Shown here: piece after piece, positions 27,401 through 40,619 of the stretch
Numbering within the stretch: the first letter of the stretch is position 1
Layout: each line of letters opens with the position of its first letter
Source of the DNA: the human T2T-CHM13v2.0 reference genome, Homo sapiens
Assembly (NCBI RefSeq): GCF_009914755.1
Contig: NC_060937.1
Length of the DNA: 64,000 bases
Strand: one strand, 5' to 3'
The notes under the pieces: model-generated
The model's database searches: none
Seen by the model: the letters and a program-made list of their open reading frames with translations, nothing else
Told to the model about the DNA's origin: nothing
Translations under genes and position numbers: made by a program

Positions 27401-30400
27401 ACTCTTTTTGTAGAATCTGCAAGTGGATATTTAGAGTGCTTTGACGCCTATGGTGGAAAAGGAAATATCTGCACATGAAAACTAGAGAGAAGCATGCTGA
27501 GAAACTTCTTTGTGTTGTGTGCATTCATCTCACAGAGTTGAACTTACTTTTTGTTGAGCAGTTTGGGAACACTCTTTTTGTAGAGTCTGCCATTGGATAT
27601 TTGGAGCGCTGTGAATCCTATGGTGGAAAAGGACATATCTTCACATAAGAACTATAAAGCAGGTTTTCTAAAAACAACCTTGTAATGTGTGCATTCATCT
27701 CACAGAGGTAAGTGTTTCTTTTCTCCTATCAGTCTGGAAACTCTGTTCTTGTACAATCTCAAAGGGGGTATTTTTGAGCACTTTGAGGCCTATTGTGACA
27801 AAGGAAATATCTTCACATTCAAAGTATAAAGAAAGTTTCTGAGATACTTCTTTGTGATATGTGTATTCATCTCACAGATTTGAACGTCTCTTTTAATTTA
27901 GCCCTTTGGAAACAGTCTTTTTGAAGAATCTGCAAACGGATATATGTGAGCACTTTGAGGCCTATGCAGGAAAAGAAGTATCTTCACAGAAAACTATAAA
28001 GTAGGTTTCTGAGAAACTGTTTTTTGATGTCTGCATTCATTTCACAGAGGTAAACAATTATTTTCTTTGATCAGTTGGGAAACTCTGTTCTTGTAGGATC
28101 TGCTAAGGGACATGTTTGAGTGCCTAGAGCCCTATTGTGAAAAAGATATTGTCTTCACATAAAAACTAGACAGAATTCTACTGAGAAACTGCTTGGTGAT
28201 GTGCGCATTCATCTCACAGAATTGTAACTTTCCTTTGATTAATCAGTTTAGAAACGTCTTTTTGTGGAATCGGTAAAGGGATATTTCTGATCACTTTGAG
28301 GCCTATGGTGAAACAGAAAGTATCTTCACATAAAAACTAGACTAAAGATTTCTGAGAAACTGCTTTGTGATTTATGCATTCATCTCACAGAGTTCAACAA
28401 TTCTTTTGATGGAGCAGTTGGGAAACCACCTTTTTGTAGAATCTGCAAAGGGATATTTGTGAGCACTTTGAGGTCTATGGTTAAAAGGAAATATCTTCAC
28501 ATAAAAACTATAAAGAAGGTTTGTGAGAAACTTCTTTATGATGTGTGCATTCATCTCACAGAGTTGAACCATTCCTTTGACTCAGTGGTTTGGAAACAGT
28601 CTTTTTTAGGATCTGCAAAGGGATATTTTTGAGCACTTTAAGGCCCATGGTGAAAAAGGAAACACTTTGACATAAAAACAAGATAGAAGCTTTCTGAGAA
28701 TCATCTTTTTGATATTTGCATTTATCCCACAGAGGTGAACCTTTCTTTTGGTGAGCATTTTGGAAGCAGTTTTTGGTAGAATTTCCAAAGGGTTATTAGT
28801 TAGTGTTTTGTGTCCTAAGTTGGAAAATGAATTTTTTTACATAAAAACTAGACAGAATAATTCTGAGAAACTGCCTTGTGATGTGTGCTTTCATCTCACA
28901 GAGGTAACCATTTCTTTTCATTGAACAGATTGGAAATTCTGTTCTTGTAAAATCTGCAAAGAGATACTTGTCAGCACTTTGAGGCCTATGGTTAAAAGGG
29001 AATTATCTTCACATAAAAACTAGACGGAAGCTTTCTGTGAAACATCTTGGAAACATATGAGAATTCATCTCACAGAGTTGAAACATTCTTTTGATTGGGC
29101 AGTTTGTAAACAGTGTTTTGGTAGAATCTGCAAATGGATATTTGTGATGCTTTGAAGCCTATGGTGAAAACGAAATATTTTCACATGAAAACTAGAGAGA
29201 AGCTTTCTGAGAAACCTCCTTGTGATGTGTGCATTCATCTCACAGATTTGAAACTTTCTTTGTATTGAGCAATTTGGAAACAGTATTTTTGTAGAATCTG
29301 TAAGGGCATATTTTTGAGTGGTATGAGGCCTATGATGAAATAGGAAATATCTTCACATAAAAACTAGACAGAAACTTTCCGAGAAACTTCTTTGTGATGT
29401 GTACATTCATCTCATAGAGTTCAACCATTCTTTTGATTGAACAGTTTGGAAACAGTCTTTTTGTAGAATCTGCAAAGGGATATTTATGAGTGCTTTGAGG
29501 CCTATGGTTAAAAAGGAAATGTATTCACATAAAAAGTATAAACAAGGTTTCTCAGAAACAGCTTTATGATGTATGCATTCATCTCACAGAAGTAAACGTT
29601 TCTTTTCTCTGATCTGTCTGGAAACTGTTCTTGTAGATTCTGCAAAGGGATAATTGTGAGTGCTTTGAGGCCTATGGTGATAAAGGAAATATCTTCACAT
29701 AAAAATTAGAGAGAGGCTTTCTGAGAAACCTCTTTGTGATGTGGACATTCATCTCACAAAGTTGAAACTTACTTTTGATTGAGCAGTATGGAAACTGTCT
29801 GTTTGTGGAATCTGCAAAGGGATATTTATGAGAGCTTTGAGGCCAATGGTGAAAAAGGAAATATATTCATATAAAAGGTATAAAGAAGGTTTCTTAGAAA
29901 CAGCTTTGTGGTGTGTGCATTGATCTCAGAGAGGTAAACGTTTATTTTCTGTGATCAGTCGGAAAACTCTGTTCTTGTAGAATCTGCAAAGGGATATTTG
30001 TGAATGCTTTGAGGCCTATGGTGAAAAAGAAACTATCTTCACATAAAAAACTAGACAGAAGCTTTCTTAGTGGCTTCTTTGTGATGTGTGCAATCATCTC
30101 ACAGAGTTGAACCATTCTTTTCATTGAGCAGTCTGGAAAGAGTGTTTTTATAGAATCTGCAAGGGATATTTGTCACTACTTGGAGTGCTATGGTGAAAAA
30201 GGAAATATCTTCACATAAAAAATGGACAGAAGATTTCTGAGAAACCTCTTTGAGATGTGTGCATCCATCTCACAGAGTTCAACCATTTATTTGATTGAGC
30301 AGTTGGGAAGCAGTCTTTTTGCAGAATCTACAAAGGGATATTCCTGAGCACTTTGAGGCCTGTGGTGGAAAAGGAAATATCTTCACATAAAAACTAAAAA

Positions 30401-32527
30401 GAAGGTTTCTGAGAAACTTCTTTGTGATGTACGCATTCATCTCACAGAGTTGAACTATTCTTTTGATTGAGCACTTTGGAAACAATCTTTTTGTAGAATC
30501 TGCAAAGGGATATTTTTGAGCTCTTTGAGTCCTAGGGAGAAAAAAGAAATATCATCACATAAAAAGTATAAAGAAGGTTTCTGAGAAACAGTTTTGTGAT
30601 GTGTGCATTCATCTCACAGAGAAAAACGTTTGTTTTCTTTGATCAGTCTGGAAATTCTGTTCCTGTAGTATCTTCTAAGGGATAATTGTGAGCAGATGGA
30701 GGCCTATGGTGAAAAAGGAAATGTCTTCATATAAAAATTAGACAGAAGCCTCCTGCGAAACTTCTTAGTGATTTGTGGATTCATCTCAGAGTTGAAACTT
30801 TCTATTCATTGAGCCATTTGGTAACAGTCATTTTGTAGACTCTGCAAATGGATATTTGGAGCACTTTGAGGCCTATGGTGAAAAATGAAATATATTCACA
30901 TAAAAACCAGACTGAAAGTTTCTGAGAAACTTCTTTGAGATGTGTGCATTCATCTCACAAAGTTCAATAATTCTTTTTATTGAGCGATTTGGAACAATCT
31001 TTTTGTAGAATCTGCAAAGAGATATTTGTGAGGGCTTTGAGGCCTATGGTGAAAAATGAAATACCTTCACAGAAAAACTATAAGGAAGGTTTCTGAGAAA
31101 CTTCTTTGTGATGTGTACATTCATCTCACACAGTTCAACCTTTCTTTTGATTGAGCAGTTTGGAAACAGTCTTTTTAAATATTCTTCAAGTGGATACTTG
31201 TGAGCACCTTGAGGCTCATGGGGATAAAGGAAACATTCACATAAAAAATTAATAGAAGCTTTCTGAGAAACCACTTTTTGACATGTGCATTCATCTCACA
31301 GAGTTGAACCTTTGTTTTTATTGAGCCGTTTGGAAACAGTCTTTTTGTAGACTCTGCAAATGGATATTTGGAGCACTTTGAGGCCTATCATGAAAAAGGA
31401 AACATATTCACATAAAAACTACACTGAAGGATTCTGAGAAACTTCTTTGAGCTGTGTGCATTCATCTGACAGTGTTCAATAATTCTTTTTATTGAGCGGT
31501 TTGGAAACAGTCTTTTTGTAGAATCTGCAAAGGGATATTTGTGAGGTCTTTGAGGCCTATGTTGAAAAATGAAATATCTTCACAGATAAACCATAAAGAA
31601 AGTTTCTGAGAAACTTCTTTGGATGTGTGCATTCATCACACAGAGTTGAAATATTCTTTTGATTGAGGAGTTTCCAAACAGTCTTTTTGTAGAATCTGCA
31701 GAGGGATATTTGTAGCACTTTGAGGCCTATGGTGAATAAGGAAATATATTCACATAAAAACTAGACAAAAGTTTTCCGAGAAACTTTTTTTGATGTGTGC
31801 ATTTATCTCGTAGAGTTTAACATTTTTTTGATTGAGCAGTTTGGAAACAGTCTTTTTGTAGAATCTGCAAAGGGATATTTAGGAGCAAGTTGAGGCCTAT
31901 GGTGGAAAAGGAAATATCTTCACATAAAAACTAGAAAGAAGCATTCTGAGTAGCTGCTTTAAGATATGTGTACTCATCTCACAGATGTAAACATTTCTTT
32001 TCATTGAGCAGTTTGTAAACTCTGTTATTCTAGAGTCTGCAAGGGATATTTTTGAGTGCTTTGAGACCCACGTTGAAAAAGGAAGAATCTTCACATAAAA
32101 ACTAGTGAGAAGCTTGCTGAGAAACTACTTTCTGATGTGTTCAGTCATCTAACAGAGTTGAAACTTTCTTTTGATTGAGCAGTTTGGAAACAGTCTTTTT
32201 GTAGACTCTGCAAAGGTATATTTGGGAGTGCATTGAGGCCTATGTTCAGAAAGGAAATATCTTCAAATAAAACTCAGAAGGAAGTTTTCTGAGAAACTTC
32301 TTTGTGATGTACACATTCGTCTCACAGGGTTGAACCATTCTGTTTATTGAGCAGTTTGGAAACAATCTTTTTGTAGAATCTGCAAAGGGATATCTGTGAG
32401 TGCATTGAGGCATATGGTGAAAAAGGAAATCTCTTCACATTAAAAGTAGAAAGAAGTTTTCTGAGTAACTCATTTGTGACATGTGCATTTATCACACAGA
32501 AGTAAAAATTTCTTCCCATTAAGCAGT
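15473..32527 (+). repeat. Divergent alpha satellite, forward orientation, several sequence layers (171-bp-type and 172-bp-type monomers)
   Basis: The ~171-172 bp periodicity continues, with diagnostic motif shifts near 18.9, 20.7, 23.45 and 27.65 kb. Confidence 0.97.
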
Positions 32528-34740
32528 TAGTTTTTATGTGAAGATATTTCCGTTTTCACCATAGACCTCAAACCGCCTACATATATCCCTTTGCAGATTC
32601 TACAAAAAGAGTGTTTCCAAACTACTCAATCAAAGAAAGCTTCCACTCTGTGAGATGAATGCACACATCACAGAGAAGTTTCTCAGAAAGTTTCTGTCTA
32701 CTTTTTATTTGTTGATACTCCCTTTTTCACCATAGGCCTCAAACCGCTCATTAATAACCCTTTGCAGATTCTACAAAAAGACTGTTTCCAAACTACTCAA
32801 TCAAAAGAAAGCTTCAACTCTGTGAGGTGAATGCACACATCACAAAGAAGTTTCTCAGAAAGCTTCTGTCTAGTTTTTATTTGAAGTTGTTTCCTTTTTC
32901 AATATAGGCCTCAAAGTGCTCACAAATGTCCCTTTACAGATTTTACAAAAAGACTGTTACCAAACTGCTCAACTGAAACAAAGCTTCAACTCTTTGAGAT
33001 GAATGCACACATCACAAAGAAGTTTCTCAGAAAGCTTCCGTCCAGTTTTTATGTGAAGATATTTCATTTTTCACCATAAGTCTCAAAGCATTCAAATTAT
33101 CACTTTGCAGATTCCACAAAAAGACATTTTCCAACCTGCTCTATCTAAAGAAAGGTTTAACTCTGTGAGAAGAATGCACACATCAAAAATAAGTTTCTCA
33201 GAATGCTTCTGTCTAGTTTGTATCTGAAGACATTTCCTTTTTCACCATAGGCCAAAAAGGGATCCCAAATATCCCTTTGTACATTCTACAAAGGACCGTT
33301 TCCAAACTGCTCAATCCAAAGACAGGTTCAACTTTTGGGATGAATGCACACATCACAACGAAGTTTCTCAGAAAGCTTCTGTCTCGTTTTTGTGTGAAGA
33401 TATTACTTTTTTCACCATAGGCTTCAAAGAGCTCACAAATATCGCAAAGCAGATTCTACAAAAAAACTCTATCCAAACTGGTCAAGGAAAAGAACACTTC
33501 AAATCTGTGAGATGAATGTGCACATCTCAAATAATTTTCTCAGAAAGCTTCTGTCTAGTTGTTATGTGAAGATATTTCCGTTTTCACCATAGACCTGAAA
33601 CCACCTATATATAACCCTTTGCAGATTCTACAAAAAGACTGTTTCCAAATGGCTCAATCAAAGGAAGCTTCTACTCTGTGAGATGAATGCACATATCAGA
33701 GAGAAGTTTCTCAGAAAGTTTCTGTCTAGTTTTTATTTGTTGATACTCCCTTTTTCACCATAGGCCTCAAACAGCTCATAAATAACCCTTTGCAGATTCT
33801 ACAATAGGACTGTTTCCAAACTGCTCAATCAAATGAAAGTTCAGCTGTGTGAGATGAATGCACACATGAAGAAGAAGTTTCTCAGAATGTTTCTGTCTAG
33901 TTTTTATGTGAAGACACTTCTTTTTCACCATAAGCCTGAAAGTGTTCCCAAATTTTCCTTTGCAGATTCTATGAAAAGACTGTTTCCAAACTGCTCAATC
34001 AAAAGAAAGGTTCAATTCTGTGTGATGAATGCACACATCACAACGAAGTTTCTCAGAAGGCTTCTGTCTAGATTTTATTTGTGGATATTTCCTTTTTCAC
34101 AATAGGCCTCAGAAAGCTCACAAATATCACTTTGCATATTCTACAAAAAGGCTGTTTCCAATCTGCTCAATGAAAGAAAATTAAACTCTGTGAGATGAAT
34201 GCATGCATCGCAAAGTGGTTTCTTAGAATGCTTCTGTCTAGTTTTTATATGAAGATATTTCCTTTTTCATCACATGCCTCAAAACACTCAAAAACATCCA
34301 TTTGCAGATTCTCCAAAAAGACTGTTTCCAAACTGCTCAATCAAAAGAAAGATTCAAGTCTTTGAGATGCATACACCCATCACAAAGAAGTTTCCCAGAA
34401 AACATGAGTCTAGTTTTTATATGAAGATATTTCCTTTTTCACCATAAGCATCAAAGCGTTCACAAATATCACTTTGCAGGTTCTACGAAAAGACTGTTTC
34501 CAAACTGGTGAATCAAAAGAAAGTTTCAACTCTGTGAGATGAATGCACACATCACAAAGAAGTTCTTCAGAAAGCTGCTGTCTACATTTTATTTTTCGAT
34601 ATGTCCTTTTTCACCATTGGATTCAAAGCACTGAAACATATCACTTCGCAGATTCTACAAAAAGACTGTTTCCAAACTGCTCAATCAAAAGAAAGGTTCA
34701 ACTCTGTGAGATGAATGCACACATCACAAAGAAGTTTCTC

Positions 34741-34743
<3 letters not shown>
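32528..34743 (-). repeat. Divergent alpha satellite, reverse orientation (172-bp-type monomers)
   Basis: TAGTTTTTATGTGAAGATATTTCC and CACATCACAAAGAAGTTTCTCAGAA are the reverse complements of the upstream motifs. Confidence 0.97.
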
Positions 34744-36319
<1,576 letters not shown>

Positions 36320-39300
36320 GAAAGTACACATCACAAAGAAGTTTCTCAGAAAGTTTCTTTCTAGTTTTTATGTGAAGATATTTCCTTTTTCACCATAGTC
36401 CACAAGGTGCACCAAATATCTTTTGCAGATTGTACAAAAAGATTTTTTCCAAACTGCTCAATCAAAAGAAAGGTTCAACTCTGTGAGATGAAATCACAAA
36501 TCACAAAGAAGTTACTCAGAATGCCTCCGTCTAGTTTTTAAGTGAAGGTATTTCCTGTTACACCATAGACCTCAAAGGGCTCACAAATATCCTTTTGCAG
36601 ATTCTACAAAAAGACTGTTATAGAACTGCTCAATGAAAAGTAAGTTTCAACTCTGTGAGATGAATTCACACCTAAAAAAGAAGTTTCTTAGAATGCTTCT
36701 GTCTAGTTTTTATGTGAAGATATTTCTTTGTCACCATAGGCCTCAAACCACTCAGAAATATCCCTATGCAGCTGTTACAAAAAGACTGTTTCCAAACTGC
36801 TCAATGAAAAGAAAGATTCTACTTTGTGAGATGAAAACACACATCACAAAGAATTTTCTCAGAAAGTTTTTAGCTAGCTTATATGTGAAGATATTTCCTC
36901 TTTCAGCATAGGCCTCAATGGGCTCAAAAATATCTCTTTTCAGATACTACAAAAGGCCTCGTTCCAAACTGCTCAATCAGAAGAAAGTTTCAACTCTGTG
37001 AGATGAAAGTACACATCACAAGTAAGTTTCTCAGAATATTTTTCTAGTTTTTATGTGAAGATATTTCCTATTTCACCATAAGCCATAAAAGTCTCACAAA
37101 TATCCCTTTGCAGACTCTACAAAAAGCCTGTTTCCAAACAGCTCAATCAAAACAAAGTTTCAACTCTGTGAGATGAATGGACATATCACAAAGAAGTTTC
37201 TCAGAAGGCTTCTGCCTAGTTTTTATGTGAAGATATGACTTTTTCACCATAGGCCTCAAACTGCTAAGAAATATCCCTTTGCAGATTGTACAAAAAGACT
37301 GTTTCCAAACTGCTCAATGAAAAGAAAGATTCTACTTTGTGAGATGAAAACACACATCACAAAGAATTTTCTCAGAAAGTTTTTAGCTAGCTTATATGTG
37401 AAGATATTTCCTCTTTCAGCATAGGCCTCAATGGGCTCAAAAATATCTCTTTTCAGATACTACAAAAGGCCTCGTTCCAAACTGCTCATTCAGAAGAAAG
37501 TTTCAACTCTGTGAGATGAAAGTACACATCACAAGTAAGTTTCTCAGAATATTTTTCTAGTTTTTATGTGAAGATATTTCCTATTTCACCATAAGCCATA
37601 AAAGTCTCACAAATATCCCTTTGCAGACTCTACAAAAAGCCTGTTTCCAAACAGCTCAATCAAAACAAAGTTTCAACTCTATGAGATGAATGGACATATC
37701 ACAAAGAAGTTTCTCAGAAGGCTTCTGCCTAGTTTTTATGTGAAGATATGACTTTTTCACCATAGGCCTCAAACTGCTAAGAAATATCCCTTTGCAGATT
37801 GTACAAAAAGACTGTTTCCAAATTGCTCAATGAAAAGACAGGCTCAACTCTGTGAGATGAATGTGCATATCATAAAGAAGTTTCTCAGAATGCCTCTGTC
37901 TAGTTTTTATGTGAAGATATTTCGTTTTTCAGCATAGGCCTTAAATGGCTCCCAAATATCCCTCTGCAGATACTACAAAAAGACTACTTGAAAACTGTTC
38001 AATCAAAGGAATGCTTCATCTCTGTGAAATGAATGCACATATCACAAAGAAGTTTCTCAGAATGCTTCTGTCTAGTTTTTATGTGAAGATATTTCCTTTT
38101 TCACCACAGGCCTCAAAATGCTCCAAATATCCATTTGCAGATTCTACAAAAAGACTGTTTCCAAACAGCCACATGAAGAGAAAGGTTCAATTCTGTGAGA
38201 TAAATGCACACATGAAAAAGAAGTTTCTCAGAATGCTTCTGTCTGGTTTTTATCTGACATAATTATTTTTCACCATAGGCCTCAAACCGTTCAAAAATAT
38301 CCCTTTGCATATTGTACAAAAAGACTGTTTCTAAACTGTCAAATGCAAAGAAAGGTTCAACTCTGTGAGATGAAACCACACATCACAAAGAAGTTCTTCA
38401 TAATGCTTCTGTCTGGTTTTTATGTGAAGATATTTCATATTTCACCATAGGCCTCAAAGAGCTCACAAATATCCCTTTGCAGACTCTACAAAAAGACTGT
38501 TTTCGAACTGCTCCATGCAAAGAAAGGTTCAACTCTGTGAGACGAATGCACACATAAAAAAGAAGTTTCTCAGAATGCTTCTGTCTAGTTTTTTTGTGAA
38601 GATATTTCTTTTTCACCATAGGCATCAAACCATTCAGAAATATCCCTTTGTAGATTGTACAAAAATACTGTTTCCAAACTGTTCAATCAACAGAAAGGCT
38701 CAAACCTGTGAGATGAAAGCACACATCACAAAGAAGTTTCTCAGAATGCTTCTGTCTAGTTTTTATGGGAGGATATTTCTTTTTCACCATAGGACGCAAA
38801 CCCCTCAGAAATATCCCTTTGCAGATTGTAGATAAAGAATGTTTCCTAACTGCTCAATCAAAAGAACAGTTAAAGTCTGTGAGATGAAAGCACACATCAC
38901 AAAGAAGTTTCTCAGAAATCTTCTGTCTAGTTTTTATGTGAAGATATTTCCCTTCTAACGATAGGCCTCAAAGAAATCCAAATATCGATTTGCAGATTCT
39001 ACAAAATAGTGTTTCCAAACTGCTCAATCAAAAGAAATTTTCAACTCTGTGAGATGAAAACACACATCACAAAGAAGTTCTTCAGAAAGTTTCTCACTAG
39101 ATTTTATGTGAAGATATTTAGTTTTTCACCACAAGCCACAAAGTGCTCCAAATATCCATTTGCAGATACTTCAAAAAGAGTTTTTCCAAAGTGCTCCAAA
39201 TATCCATTTGCAGATACTTCAAAAAGAGTTTTTCCAAACTGCTCAATCAAAAGGAAATTTCAACCTGTGAGATGAATGCAAACATCACAAAGAAGTTTCT

Positions 39301-40166
39301 CGGTATGCTTCTGTATAGTTTTTCTGTGAAGATATTTCCCATTTCACCATTGGCCTCAGTGGGCTCACATATATCCTTTTGCAAATTCTACAAAAGATTG
39401 TTTCCGAATTTCTCAATGAAAAGAAAGGTTCATCTCTGGGAGATGAATGCACACATGAATAAGAAGTTTCTCAGAAAGCCTCTGTCTAGTTTTTGTTTTA
39501 AGATATTTGTTTTTCACCGTAGGCCTCAAACTGCTCAGAAATATTCCTTTGCAGATTGTACAAAAAGATGGTTTCCAAACTGCTCAATGAAAACAAAGGT
39601 TCAACACTGTGACATGAATACTCACATCACAGAGAAGTTTTTCAGAAAGCTTCTGTTTAGTTTTTTAAGTGAAAATATTTCCTTTTTCACCATAGGCCTC
39701 AAAGCACTCCAAATATCCTTTTGCAAACTCTACAAAAAGAGAGTTTCCAAACTGTTCAATTAAAAGAAAGATTCAAATCTGTGAGAAGAAAGTACACATC
39801 ATGAAGAAGTTTCTCATAATGCTTCTCTCTACTTTTTTTTGTGAAGATATTTCCTATGTCGCCATGGGCCTCAAAGATCTCACAAATATCCCATTGCAGA
39901 TTCTACAAAAAGACAGTTTTTGAACTGCTAAATGAAAAGAAAGGTTCAACTCTGTGAGACGAATGCACACATAATAAATTAGTTTATCATAATGCTTCTG
40001 TCTAGTTTTTATGTGAAGATATTTCTTTTTCACCATAGGCATCAAACCGTTCAGAAATATCCCTTTGTAGATCGTACAAGAAGACTGTTTCCAAACTGCT
40101 CAATCAAAAGAAAGTTTCAAACTGGTGAGATGAATGCACACATAACAGAGGAGTTTCTCAGGAATC
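36320..40166 (-). repeat. Divergent alpha satellite, reverse orientation, mixed 171/172-type monomers
   Basis: CTCCAAATATCCATTTGC-type and CTCACAAATATCCCTTTGC/CTCAGAAATATCCC-type monomers are interspersed. Confidence 0.97.
36776..37801 (-). repeat. Near-perfect tandem duplication of a 513-bp alpha-satellite trimer
   Basis: GATTCTACTTTGTGAG occurs at 36815 and 37328, GTTCCAAAC at 36961 and 37474, and TCAGAAGGCTTCTGCC at 37201 and 37714. Confidence 0.95.
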
Positions 40167-40619
40167 TTTTTTTTTTTTATTTTCATCACTTTATTTTACT
40201 TTTTTTAAAGTTAGTTTTTTTTTATTTATTATTATTATACTTTAAGTTTTAGGGTACATGTGCACAATGTGCAGGTTTGTTACATATGTATACATGTGCC
40301 ATGCTGGTGTGCTGCACCCACTAACTCGTCATTTAGCATTAGGTATATCTCCCAATTCTATCCCTCCCCCTTCCCCCCACCCCACAACAGTCCCCAGAGT
40401 GTGATGTTCCCCTTCCTGTGTCCATGTGTTGCTCTCGTTGTTCAATTCCCACCTATGAGTGAGAATATGCAGTGTTTGGTTTTTTGTTCTTGCGATAGTT
40501 TACTGAGAATGATGATTTCGAATTTCATCTATGTCCCTACAAAGTACATGAACTCATCATTTATTATGGCTGCATAGTATTCCATGGTGTATATGTGCCA
40601 CATTTTCTTAATCCAGTCT
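40167..40619 (-). mobile_element. 5'-truncated L1 (L1PA2/PA3-like), ~450 bp, with a long degenerate tail
   Basis: A T-rich tail at ~40167-40238 precedes TATACTTTAAGTTTTAGGGTACATGTGCACA, and the element ends at TTCTTAATCCAGTCT. Confidence 0.96.
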
